Shown here: piece by piece, positions 28,241 to 37,684 of the stretch
How the letters are laid out: each line of letters starts with the position of its first letter
Position numbering within the stretch: position 1 is the stretch's first letter
DNA from: Novosphingobium sp.
GTDB taxonomy: Bacteria; Pseudomonadota; Alphaproteobacteria; Sphingomonadales; Sphingomonadaceae
DNA length: 38,786 bases
Direction of reading: 5' to 3'
NCBI GenBank assembly: GCA_031375125.1
Contig: JANMHL010000110.1
Location: 1-38,786, forward strand
Translations under genes and position numbers: made by a program
The notes under the pieces: generated by a model
Seen by the model: the letters and a program-made list of their open reading frames with translations, nothing else
Database searches by the model: none
What the model was told of the DNA's origin: nothing

Positions 28241-30235
28241 ATGTCAGACCAGTTCAAGATCAGCCTTCCCGATGGTTCGGTGCGCGAAATGCCAGCCGGT
28301 TCAACCCCAGCCGATGTTGCCGCCGCGATTGGTCCTGGCCTCGCCAAGGCGGCGTTGGCCGCGCGAATAGATGGCGAGCTGGTCGATCTGACCTTGCCGT
28401 TCACGCGCGATGCCAGCCTCGCGCTGGTCACGGTGCGTGACGAGGCCGATGCGCTTGACCTTGCCCGCCACGATTTCGCACACGTGCTGGCCGAAGCGGT
28501 GCAGGCGCTGTTTCCGGGCACGCAGATCACTTTCGGGCCGAGCACCGACGACGGCTTCTATTACGATTTTGCGCCAAAAGACCGCGCCTTCACCGACGAA
28601 GACTTGCCCGCGATCGAAGCGCAGATGCGCAAGATCATTGCCGCCAACAAGCCGCTGCGCCGCGAAGTGTGGAGCCGCGAACAGCTGATCAGCCGGTGGC
28701 AGCAGCAAGGCGAAAGTTTCAAGGCCGAATGGGCCGCTGAGCTGCCGGGTGACGAGCCGCTGACGGTCTATTGGTCGAGCGATGACTGGCTCGATATGTG
28801 CCGCGGGCCGCACCTGCCCAGCACCGGCAAGCTCGATCCGAACGCGTTCAAGCTGACGCGGGTTTCGGGTGCCTATTGGCGCGGCGATCAGAATAACGCG
28901 ATGCTCAGCCGGATCTATGGCACCGGCTGGCTCAACAAAAAGCAGCTTGAGGAACACCTGACCCGGCTGGAGGAAGCCGCCAAGCGTGACCACCGCAAGC
29001 TGGGGCAGGAAATGGACCTGTTCCATCTCCAGAGCGAGGCCCACGGCAGCGTGTTCTGGCACCCCAAGGGCTATCTGATCTGGCGCGAGCTGGAGGCCTA
29101 TATGCGCCGTGCGATTGACGGCGGGGGGTATAACGAGGTCAAGACGCCGCAGTTGATGGACGCCAAACAATGGGAAGCCTCAGGGCACTGGGGCAAATAC
29201 CGCGAGAATATGTTCGTCGTTCCCGACGAGATTCCCAATGCCGATGACGACGACCAGATCCTCAGCGGCAAAAGCGACCTGATGGCGCTGAAGCCGATGA
29301 ATTGCCCAGCCCACGTGTTGATCTTCCGGCAGGGCATCAAAAGCTACCGCGATCTGCCGCTGCGGATGGCTGAGATGGGTTGTTGCCACCGCAACGAACT
29401 CCACGGCGCGCTGCATGGCCTGATGCGGGTCCGGCAAATGACGCAGGACGATGGCCACATCTTCTGCCGCGAAGACCAGATCGTCGATGAGGTCCGAACC
29501 TTCTGTGATCTGCTCGACAAGGTTTACAAAGACCTGGGCTTTGAAAGCTATGCGATCAAACTGGCGCTGCGGCCCGAGAAACGCTTTGGCACCGACGAAA
29601 TGTGGGACCGGGCGGAAAACGACCTGCGCGAAGCGGTGCGGCTCGCGGGGCGTTCTGGCCCGGAATATCAATGGGAAGAATTGCCCGGCGAAGGGGCGTT
29701 CTATTCGCCCAAGCTTGAGTTCCATCTAACCGATGCAATCGGACGGACGTGGCAGTGCGGGACGATCCAGCTCGACTATGTCCTGCCTGAGCGGCTCGAC
29801 GCCTCCTACATCGGGGAAGACGGAGAGAAGCACCGCCCAGTGATGCTCCACCGCGCCATTCTGGGCACTTTTGAGCGATTCATCGGCATCCTGATCGAAC
29901 ATCACGCCGGACGCTTCCCGGTCTGGCTCGCCCCGGTTCAGGCGGTGGTCGCGACGATCGTGTCCGACGCCGATGGCTATGCCGCCGAGGTAACCGCGCA
30001 GCTGAAAGCCGCCGGGATCCGGGTCGAAACCGATCTGCGCAACGAAAAGATCAACTACAAGGTCCGCGAACACTCGCTGCAAAAAGTCCCGCATCTGCTG
30101 GTGGTCGGTAAGCGCGAGGCCGAAGAAGGCACCGTTGCGGTCCGCACCTTGGGGGCCGAATACCAGAAGGTCATGCCGCTGGCTGAGGCGATTGCGATGC
30201 TGCAGGATCAAGCAACTCCACCGGATTTGCGTTGA
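28241..30235 (+). CDS. thrS: Threonine--tRNA ligase
   Basis: TGS domain, [36 protein letters not shown]; start at ATG 28241. Confidence 0.98.
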   Translation: MSDQFKISLPDGSVREMPAGSTPADVAAAIGPGLAKAALAARIDGELVDLTLPFTRDASLALVTVRDEADALDLARHDFAHVLAEAVQALFPGTQITFGPSTDDGFYYDFAPKDRAFTDEDLPAIEAQMRKIIAANKPLRREVWSREQLISRWQQQGESFKAEWAAELPGDEPLTVYWSSDDWLDMCRGPHLPSTGKLDPNAFKLTRVSGAYWRGDQNNAMLSRIYGTGWLNKKQLEEHLTRLEEAAKRDHRKLGQEMDLFHLQSEAHGSVFWHPKGYLIWRELEAYMRRAIDGGGYNEVKTPQLMDAKQWEASGHWGKYRENMFVVPDEIPNADDDDQILSGKSDLMALKPMNCPAHVLIFRQGIKSYRDLPLRMAEMGCCHRNELHGALHGLMRVRQMTQDDGHIFCREDQIVDEVRTFCDLLDKVYKDLGFESYAIKLALRPEKRFGTDEMWDRAENDLREAVRLAGRSGPEYQWEELPGEGAFYSPKLEFHLTDAIGRTWQCGTIQLDYVLPERLDASYIGEDGEKHRPVMLHRAILGTFERFIGILIEHHAGRFPVWLAPVQAVVATIVSDADGYAAEVTAQLKAAGIRVETDLRNEKINYKVREHSLQKVPHLLVVGKREAEEGTVAVRTLGAEYQKVMPLAEAIAMLQDQATPPDLR

Positions 30236-30978
30236 TCCTCGGCCTGACCGAAGTCCAGATCGGCATCGCCATCGCCGCAGCGCTGGGCGCAGCGTTTGTG
30301 CGGGGCCTGGCCGGGTTCGGCATGGCGATTCTGTTGGTACCAGTGCTCGGGCTGGCAGTGCCTCCGACTGAGGCCGTAGTGGTCGCGAACTGGCTGGGCC
30401 TGCTGATCGGGCTGGTTGGCCTGAAAAAAATCATCGGAGCGAGCGAACGCAGTGCGTTTGTGATCGCGGGCGTTGCTGTCGCCGCGACGCCGCTGGGGGT
30501 CTGGCTGCTAACCTTGACCGATCCGGCGTTGGCGCGGTTGCTGATCGCGCTGATTGCGCTGGGCTCATTCGTGCTGGTGCTGCTGCCCAAACGGCCCGCG
30601 CACCATGTCCCCGGAACAGCCGAGACCAGCGCGACCGGGCTGGTTTCGGGCGTGCTGACCGGGTTTGCCGGAATGCCGGGACCGCCGGTGGTGCCCTATT
30701 ACCTGCGCCGCGCGATTACGCCGGCGCTGGCCCGGGCTTCGATGATGACGATCTTTCTGGCCACCTCGATTGCTGGAGTGCTCTCGGCACTTGCACTGGG
30801 TGTAGCGACCTGGCGCGAACCAGCCTTTGCCGCCGTACTGTTTCCAGCGGTGCTGCTGGGCAACTGGTTGGGGCAACTGGCGTTCGGCAAAGTCAGCGAT
30901 GCCGTTTGGCGGACGTTTACCGGCGGTGTGCTGGGTCTTGCGGCGGCAGCGGCGCTGTGGAAGTTGTTACAGGCCTAG
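30232..30978 (+). CDS. Sulfite exporter TauE/SafE (TSUP) family membrane protein
   Basis: GLAGFG and GFAGMPGP glycine motifs, about 8 TM; TTG overlaps the thrS stop. Confidence 0.85.
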   Translation: MILGLTEVQIGIAIAAALGAAFVRGLAGFGMAILLVPVLGLAVPPTEAVVVANWLGLLIGLVGLKKIIGASERSAFVIAGVAVAATPLGVWLLTLTDPALARLLIALIALGSFVLVLLPKRPAHHVPGTAETSATGLVSGVLTGFAGMPGPPVVPYYLRRAITPALARASMMTIFLATSIAGVLSALALGVATWREPAFAAVLFPAVLLGNWLGQLAFGKVSDAVWRTFTGGVLGLAAAAALWKLLQA

Positions 30979-31101
30979 CGCTGGCAGGGCTTGCCCGGCA
31001 GCGATCAACGCCGCGGCGCAACCAATCACCAGAAACTGACGCAGCAGTTCTGCCGCATCGGGCAGCGGGCGGGAAGCGGCAAGGGCAAGTACGCGGGCCA
31101 T
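30967..31101 (-). CDS. Small hydrophobic protein, 44 aa, absent from the ORF track
   Basis: [44 protein letters not shown]; fills the gap between two genes; one C-terminal hydrophobic helix. Confidence 0.55.
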   Translation of the reverse strand: MARVLALAASRPLPDAAELLRQFLVIGCAAALIAAGQALPALGL

Positions 31102-31141
31102 GGCCAGCTTATCGGCCTGTACCCGTTACCGAATGGTAAAT

Positions 31142-32869
31142 TCAGCCCGCTTCAAACAGCGCCTTCAAATCCTTCTTCAGGATCTTGCCATTGGCGTTGC
31201 GCGGCAGGGTTTCGGTATGAAACAGGATCCGCACTGGCACTTTAAACGCGGCCAGCCGTTCGCGGACATGGCTTTGCAATTCCGCTTCGCTGGCGGTCAT
31301 GCCTGCTGACAGATGGACCACGGCGGCGGGTTCCTCGCCCAGCGTGCGGTGCGGCACGCCGACCACCGCCGCGTCCATCACCGCCGGGTGATCGTAAAGC
31401 GCGTTCTCGACCTCGGACGAATAGATATTTTCTCCGCCCCGGATCACGATGTCCTTGGCCCGGTCGGCGATGAAGCAGAAGCCTTCGTCGTCAAGATAGG
31501 CCAGATCGCCGGTGCGGACCCAGCCATCGACAAAGGTCGCCGCGCTCGCTTCGGGGTTTTGCCAGTAACCCGCGACGATCATCGGCCCGCGCGCCCACAG
31601 TTCACCGATGGTGCCGACCGGCAAAACAGTAACCCCATCCTCGTCCCGGATTTCGAGGTCTGCCGCTGCGACAGCAGGCCCGCAGCTGGTCGGGCGGTTG
31701 AGATAGTCCTCACCCGAATGGGTGGTGACGGTCGCGGTGGTTTCGGTCATGCCCCAGCCGTTGCCGGGCAGTGCGCCGAATTCCTCGTAAATCCGCCGGA
31801 CCAGTTCGGGCGCCGAAGGCGCGCCACCATAGCCGATCGTCTCCAGGCTGGAGAGATCGTAGTTCGCCCGGTCAGGGTGCTCAAGCAATTGCCAGGCAAT
31901 CGTCGGGACGCCGCCGGTGGCGTTGACCTTTTCGCGCTCGATGATCCCGAAGGCCTGCACCGGGTCCCATTTGTACATGAAGATCAGCGTGTGTCCGCCT
32001 GCGATCGCGCCCATCATCGTTGCTGAGCACGCCGTGGCGTGGAACAGCGGGATCACCGTCAGCATGGTCTTGCGGCTCGGTTCGGGCAAAGCCTCACCCC
32101 GTCGCAACACTGCGCGAGCGGCGGCAAAGCCGCTTGAGAGAATATTGGTGGTCAGGTTCCGGTGCGTGCCAAGCGCGCCCTTGGGATTGCCGGTAGTGCC
32201 TGAGGTATAAAGGATCGTCGCCGGATCATCCGGGGCAATATCGGTGGCGGGCAAATCGATGTTGGGCAGTTCGGCCCAGCCCGCTGAACCGCCGATGATA
32301 TCTTCGAGCCGGGTTGCCCCCGGCACTGCGCCGCCTGCGCGGGCCACCAGCACCTGCTCCAGCGCAGGCAACTCGGCGAAATGCGGTGCCGCCCGCTCTA
32401 GCCGTTCGGGATCGCAGATCAGCACCTTGGCGCTCGAATTGGACAGGCCGTAGCTCAGCTCCTGTCCAGTCCACCAAGCGTTTAAGGGCACGCAGATTGC
32501 GCCAATCGCAGTGATTGCAAAGAACGCCACCGGCCATTCGGGCAGGTTGCGCATGGCCAGCGCGACCCGGTCTCCCTTGCCAACGCCCTGCGCCTGCAAA
32601 TGCGCCGCCAGCGTGGCAGCGGCGCGGAACCAGCCGTCAAAGCTGACCCGCTCGTCCTCATAGATCACGAACGTGGCATCGCCGTGTTGCCGTCCGGCCC
32701 GCGCCAGCGCGGCCAGACTGGGGTGGGCATTTTTCCACACCCGGGTCGGAACACCGCGTATCTCGGCCTGCTCCAGCTCGAACGGCATTCCCGGCGCGCA
32801 GAGCAGGTCTTGCACCTGCGCCACGCTGTGCGCGGGCCAACCGGCCGGGACTACGAACTCTTGCGTCAT
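31142..32869 (-). CDS. Class I adenylate-forming enzyme (acyl-CoA ligase)
   Basis: YTSGTTGNPKG, GWGMTET, RTGD, IRGGENI, PRNANGKI. Confidence 0.94.
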   Translation of the reverse strand: MTQEFVVPAGWPAHSVAQVQDLLCAPGMPFELEQAEIRGVPTRVWKNAHPSLAALARAGRQHGDATFVIYEDERVSFDGWFRAAATLAAHLQAQGVGKGDRVALAMRNLPEWPVAFFAITAIGAICVPLNAWWTGQELSYGLSNSSAKVLICDPERLERAAPHFAELPALEQVLVARAGGAVPGATRLEDIIGGSAGWAELPNIDLPATDIAPDDPATILYTSGTTGNPKGALGTHRNLTTNILSSGFAAARAVLRRGEALPEPSRKTMLTVIPLFHATACSATMMGAIAGGHTLIFMYKWDPVQAFGIIEREKVNATGGVPTIAWQLLEHPDRANYDLSSLETIGYGGAPSAPELVRRIYEEFGALPGNGWGMTETTATVTTHSGEDYLNRPTSCGPAVAAADLEIRDEDGVTVLPVGTIGELWARGPMIVAGYWQNPEASAATFVDGWVRTGDLAYLDDEGFCFIADRAKDIVIRGGENIYSSEVENALYDHPAVMDAAVVGVPHRTLGEEPAAVVHLSAGMTASEAELQSHVRERLAAFKVPVRILFHTETLPRNANGKILKKDLKALFEAG

Positions 32870-34071
32870 GCCGGGATGGCGTTGAACGGGACACCTTTGT
32901 CGGGCCGGTGATCCTGCGGCAGACCGAGGATCTTTTCGGCGATGGTGTTAAGCAGCACTTCGTCCGAACCGCCCGCGATCCGCCCGGTCGGCGCATTGAG
33001 CCAGCTGGTGCCCCAATCGGTTTTAACGAAGGCGTGCTGATCGAACGCCATGCTTTCCGCCCCGCGCATATCCATCGCCAGTTCCGACAGCTTTTGCCGA
33101 CTACGCACTGCGACCAGTTTCTGCAAAGAGCCTTCCGGCCCCGGCTGCATCCCAGCCATCATCATCGCAAAGGCCCGCGCGGTGATCGAATCGAGCCCGG
33201 CCCGCATCGCGTGGTTTCGGGCGATCGCTGAACGCATCCGCCCATCCTCAATCGCCGGTTTGCCGTTAAGGTCGGTGGCCTTGGCCAGCTTGACGAATTC
33301 ATCCAGATGCGGCCCAAACCCGCCGCTGTCGGTGGCGATGTAGCGTTCAATCATCAGTGTGTGGAGCGATACCCCAAACCCGCCGCCAACCGCGCCGAGC
33401 CGCTGCGAATCTTCCAGGCGGACATCATCAAAGAACACTTCGTTGACGTGGCTATCGCCGCCCGCCAGCTTGATCGGGCGCACTTCGACGCCCTTTGAGC
33501 GCATATCGATCCAGAAGTAGGTCAGCCCCTTGTGCTTTTCGACTGTCGGATCGCTGCGAGTGACGATCACGCCATAATCGCAGTACTGCGCCCAGCTGGT
33601 CCAGATCTTCTGGCCGTTCATTTTCCAGCCGTTGCCGTCTGGTTCCACCTTGGTGCGCAGCGCCGCAAGGTCAGACCCGCCCGAAGGTTCGGAGAACATC
33701 TGGCACCAGATTTCTTCCCCGCGCAGCGCCTTGCGGACGCGCTCCTTCACGAACTCCTTGTCTTCGCAATAATGCATCAGGATCGGCACCGGCATCCCCA
33801 GCGAAATCCCGAAGAAGCCGACCGGCATCCCGAACTGCATCTCTTCGCCGTCAAAGGCGATCTTGTGCAGATGGGTCAGGCCTTGCCCGCCCATGTCGAC
33901 CGGCCAGTTGATCCCGGCAAACCCGGCATCATGCTTGGCCGCCATATATTCGCGGCCCAGTGCCAAATCCTGTTCCATGGAATTGCCCGTGCGGGCATCG
34001 CGGCCATATTTGGCCTCCATGGTTTCGAGGAAAGCGCGGGCGCTGGCCCGATAGGCGTTCAGATCGCTCAT
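32866..34071 (-). CDS. Acyl-CoA dehydrogenase (likely catalytic subunit)
   Basis: WCQMFSEPSGGSDLA, NGQKIWTS, NEVFFDDV, LMIER, IAGGSDE; start at ATG 34071. Confidence 0.92.
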   Translation of the reverse strand: MSDLNAYRASARAFLETMEAKYGRDARTGNSMEQDLALGREYMAAKHDAGFAGINWPVDMGGQGLTHLHKIAFDGEEMQFGMPVGFFGISLGMPVPILMHYCEDKEFVKERVRKALRGEEIWCQMFSEPSGGSDLAALRTKVEPDGNGWKMNGQKIWTSWAQYCDYGVIVTRSDPTVEKHKGLTYFWIDMRSKGVEVRPIKLAGGDSHVNEVFFDDVRLEDSQRLGAVGGGFGVSLHTLMIERYIATDSGGFGPHLDEFVKLAKATDLNGKPAIEDGRMRSAIARNHAMRAGLDSITARAFAMMMAGMQPGPEGSLQKLVAVRSRQKLSELAMDMRGAESMAFDQHAFVKTDWGTSWLNAPTGRIAGGSDEVLLNTIAEKILGLPQDHRPDKGVPFNAIPA

Positions 34072-35162
34072 GCCTTTTCTCCGGTCAATTCGTTCACCAG
34101 CACATCTTCCCAGAACAGCAGGTTGCCACATTCCACCGCCAGGCTGCGGGCCCGGCGCATATGCAGATGGAGGCCCAGTTCCCAGGTAACCCCGATCCCG
34201 CCGTGGATCTGGATGCAATCGCGGGCATTGGTATCATAGGCCTCGGTCGCGGAAATCCGCGCATCGGCGGCGCTCAGCAGGAAATGATCGGTCCCTTCCT
34301 GCGCGGCGGCGTGGATGCAGTTGGCCCGGGCAATTTCGACGAACCCGTACATTTCGGCGATGCGGTGCTTGATCGATTGGAACGCACCGATGGGCTGGCC
34401 AAACGCCTTGCGGGTAATCGCATAGTCGCGTGCCGCATAGAGCAGGACTTCGGCCCCGCCGACTTGCTCATGCGCCGTCACCACTGCCATCTGGGCGAGC
34501 ACGTCGAGCGCCAAGGTCCGTGCGGCATCCCCAAGCGCGATCAGCTTGGCTGGCGTGCCCGCAAAGACGAGATCGGCATAAAGCCGCGAATTGTCATAGC
34601 TATCGACTGCGGTTCGGGTCGCCCCGGTCAGATCGACCACGACCAGCGCCGGTTCACCAGCGCTGCTGGCCCAGACCAGTGCGAGGTCAGCCTTCAATGC
34701 GCCGACAACCGCGGGCTTGGTCCCGGTCAAAGCGCCATCGGCGAAGGTCACTGCAGGAACCGGTGGCAGCGCAGCGTTTCCTTCGGCAAACGCGACACAC
34801 CCGATGGCCTCACCGCTGGCCAGTTTGGGCAGCCATGCAGCGGCCAGTGCGGCATCGCTGCCTTGCACCAGCGCCTGCGACAGGCCGTACCCACCGGTCA
34901 GGAACGGTGCGCCCGCGGTGGCCGCTCCGCAGGCCTGCGCGACCAAACCCAACTCGGTCAGGCCAAGGCCCAGTCCGCCATATTCCTCAGGAATTGCCAG
35001 CGCGGTCCAGCCCTGCTCAACCGCAGTGTCCCAGAACGGCTGATCGCATTGCCCGACCTGCTCAAGCAGTTTCAGCAAACGATCTTTTGAGGTGCGCGCA
35101 TCAAGTACGCGGCGCGATTCGGTGGCGATGGCCTGCTGGCCCTCGTCGTACAGAATGGACAT
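34068..35162 (-). CDS. Acyl-CoA dehydrogenase-like partner subunit
   Basis: IPEEYGGLG, RKAFGQPIGAFQSIKH, QIHGGIG; degenerate FAD-binding N-terminal motifs; start at ATG 35162. Confidence 0.9.
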   Translation of the reverse strand: MSILYDEGQQAIATESRRVLDARTSKDRLLKLLEQVGQCDQPFWDTAVEQGWTALAIPEEYGGLGLGLTELGLVAQACGAATAGAPFLTGGYGLSQALVQGSDAALAAAWLPKLASGEAIGCVAFAEGNAALPPVPAVTFADGALTGTKPAVVGALKADLALVWASSAGEPALVVVDLTGATRTAVDSYDNSRLYADLVFAGTPAKLIALGDAARTLALDVLAQMAVVTAHEQVGGAEVLLYAARDYAITRKAFGQPIGAFQSIKHRIAEMYGFVEIARANCIHAAAQEGTDHFLLSAADARISATEAYDTNARDCIQIHGGIGVTWELGLHLHMRRARSLAVECGNLLFWEDVLVNELTGEKA

Positions 35163-35187
35163 CGGCAAATCTCTCCTTGGCACCTTC

Positions 35188-35203
35188 TTAATCGTTCGAT
35201 TAA
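35188..35203. promoter_or_regulatory. Palindromic operator in divergent promoter
   Basis: TTAATCG-TT-CGATTAA perfect 7-bp arms in a 66-bp intergenic region. Confidence 0.65.
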
Positions 35204-35228
35204 AAAGCGCAATCAGGTACGAAAGGAC

Positions 35229-35981
35229 ATGGCTATGATTCCCGATCCGCTGTTCGATTTTTCCGGCAAGGTGGTGCTGATAACCGGCGGCTCGCGCGGG
35301 CTAGGTTACCAGATGGCCAAGGCCTTTGCATTGCGCGGTGCCGATCTGATCGTGGCCAGCAGAAAGCTGGAAAACTGCGAAAAAGTGGCCGATGAGGCCC
35401 GCGCGCTGGGCCGCCGGGCGCTCGCAGTGGGGATGCACGCCGGGCGCTGGGCCGATTGCGACGCGCTGATCGCGCAGGCCTATGACGAATTTGGCCGGGT
35501 CGACGTGCTGATCAACAACGCCGGAATGTCCCCCGCCTGCCCGAGCGAGGAATTGAGCGAAGCGCTGTTCGATTCGGTGCTCAATCTCAATTTCAAAGGG
35601 CCGTTCCGGCTCGCCAGCCAGATTGGCCACCGGATGCGGCAGGGCAGCGGCGGAGCGATCATCAACATCAGTTCGATCGCCTCGATCCGCGCGGCACCGG
35701 GCGTGGTTCCTTATTCGGGGGCCAAGGCCGCGCTGAATGCGATGACCGTCTCGCTGGCCCGCGAATATGCCCCCAAGGTGCGGGTCAACGCGATTGTCGC
35801 TGGCGCGTTCCTGACCGACATTGCCGAAGCGTGGGAACCGGAAAAGCGCGAAAGCCAGCCAGTCGCGCTGGGCCGTCCGGGCCGCCCCGAAGAAATCGTC
35901 ACCGCTGCACTGATGCTGGCCAGCCCGGCCTCGTCCTACACAACCGGCGAATTGCTGCAGGTCGATGGCGGGTCGCTCTAA
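35229..35981 (+). CDS. Short-chain dehydrogenase/reductase
   Basis: TGGSRGLG, NNAG, YSGAK; GAAAGGA RBS. Confidence 0.95.
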   Translation: MAMIPDPLFDFSGKVVLITGGSRGLGYQMAKAFALRGADLIVASRKLENCEKVADEARALGRRALAVGMHAGRWADCDALIAQAYDEFGRVDVLINNAGMSPACPSEELSEALFDSVLNLNFKGPFRLASQIGHRMRQGSGGAIINISSIASIRAAPGVVPYSGAKAALNAMTVSLAREYAPKVRVNAIVAGAFLTDIAEAWEPEKRESQPVALGRPGRPEEIVTAALMLASPASSYTTGELLQVDGGSL

Positions 35982-37600
35982 TCGTCGATATTGCGCCTGA
36001 AGGTTTCCGGCAGGAACAGCAGCCCGACCACCAAGGTCAATCCCGCCACCACAATCGGATACCATAGCCCGTAATAGATATCGCCCGTCGCCGCGACCAT
36101 CGCAAAGGCCGTGGTCGGTAGGAACCCGCCGAACCAGCCGTTGCCGATGTGATAGGGCAGCGACATCGAGGTATAGCGGATCCGGCTGGGGAACAGTTCG
36201 ACCAGCAGCGCCGCAATCGGGCCGTAGACCATCGTCACCAGCAGGACGAGCCAGAACAGGATCGCGACGACCTTGACCTTGTCGATCTGGGCCGGGTCGG
36301 CCTTGGCGGGGTAACCGGCCGCCCCGACAGCAGCGGTAATTCGCGTTGCATAGGTTTTGAGATCACCCACTGGCACAGCCTTCTGCCCAACGCTGATCTC
36401 GCCGTCGCCATAGGCCTCGGTGCGATAGGGGATACCCGTTTTCGCCAAAGTCGATTTGGCAATGTCGCATCCCGACGAATCGAATTTCTGCTTGCCCACC
36501 GGATCGAACTGCAACGAGCAGGTCTGAGGCAAGGCGTAGACCGTGACCGGTGCCTGGCCTTGTGCCTCAACCAGCGCCGGATTGGCCGCCCCAGCGAGCG
36601 CATGGAACGCTGGGAAATAGGTCAGCACCGCTAAGGCGCAGCCGGTTAGGATAATGTACTTCCGCCCGATCTTGTCCGAGAGCCAGCCGAATAGCACGAA
36701 GAACGGCGTCCCCAGAGCGAGCGCAATTGCGATCAGGATATTGGCCGTCGCGCCATCGACTTTTAGCGTCTTCTCAAGGAAAAACAGCGCGTAAAACTGC
36801 CCGGTGTACCACACCACAGCCTGTCCGGCGACTGCACCTAGCAGCGCGATCAGCACCCATTTGGCGTTCTTCCACTGCCCGAACGCCTCGGTCAGCGGGG
36901 CTTTTGATGTGGTCCCTTCGTCCTTCATCTTCTGAAACACCGGGCTTTCGCTCAGTTGCATCCGGATCCACATCGAGACTGCCAGCAGCACGATCGAGAT
37001 CAGGAACGGCACACGCCAGCCCCAATCCTTGAAGGCATCTTCACCCAGCCAGGTCCGCGTCCCGATCACCACCAGCAGCGCCGCGAACAGCCCCAGCGTG
37101 GCGGTGGTCTGGATGAAACTGGTATAGAGACCGCGTTTGTTGTTCGGCGCGTGCTCGGCCACATAGGTCGCCGCGCCGCCGTATTCGCCGCCCAACGCCA
37201 GTCCCTGAATCAGCCGCATCACCAGCAGCATGATCGGCGCTGCCACTCCGATGCTGGCATAGTTGGGCAACAGTCCAACCACAAAGGTCGACAGCCCCAT
37301 CAGCCCCATGGTGACCAGAAAGGTATTCTTGCGCCCGACCATATCGCCGATCCGGCCAAAGAAAATCGCTCCGAACGGCCGCACCGCAAAGCCTGCGGCA
37401 AAAGCGGCGAGCGCAAAAATGAACCCTGTCGTCTCGTTCACGCCCGAAAAGAACTGCGCCGAAATGATCGTGGCGAGCAGCCCATAGAGGTAGAAATCGT
37501 ACCATTCGAACACCGTGCCGAGCGAGCTGGCGATAATCACCATACGCTCGCTTTGCGTGGCTGCATGGTGCTTTGGCAGCGCTTGGTTCGCGTCGGTCAT
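35978..37600 (-). CDS. MFS transporter, metabolite:H+ symporter family
   Basis: GTVFEWYDF, GDMVGRK, GGEYGGA, WGWRVPF, ELFPSRIRY, PET. Confidence 0.93.
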   Translation of the reverse strand: MTDANQALPKHHAATQSERMVIIASSLGTVFEWYDFYLYGLLATIISAQFFSGVNETTGFIFALAAFAAGFAVRPFGAIFFGRIGDMVGRKNTFLVTMGLMGLSTFVVGLLPNYASIGVAAPIMLLVMRLIQGLALGGEYGGAATYVAEHAPNNKRGLYTSFIQTTATLGLFAALLVVIGTRTWLGEDAFKDWGWRVPFLISIVLLAVSMWIRMQLSESPVFQKMKDEGTTSKAPLTEAFGQWKNAKWVLIALLGAVAGQAVVWYTGQFYALFFLEKTLKVDGATANILIAIALALGTPFFVLFGWLSDKIGRKYIILTGCALAVLTYFPAFHALAGAANPALVEAQGQAPVTVYALPQTCSLQFDPVGKQKFDSSGCDIAKSTLAKTGIPYRTEAYGDGEISVGQKAVPVGDLKTYATRITAAVGAAGYPAKADPAQIDKVKVVAILFWLVLLVTMVYGPIAALLVELFPSRIRYTSMSLPYHIGNGWFGGFLPTTAFAMVAATGDIYYGLWYPIVVAGLTLVVGLLFLPETFRRNIDD

Positions 37601-37684
37601 AGTTCCCCCCGGTCGGCTTGCAGCAAGTTGTGGCTTGCGCTTTAACCGGTGGCAAGGGCAAGGCTGTCCAGAGGAGTTTGATCA

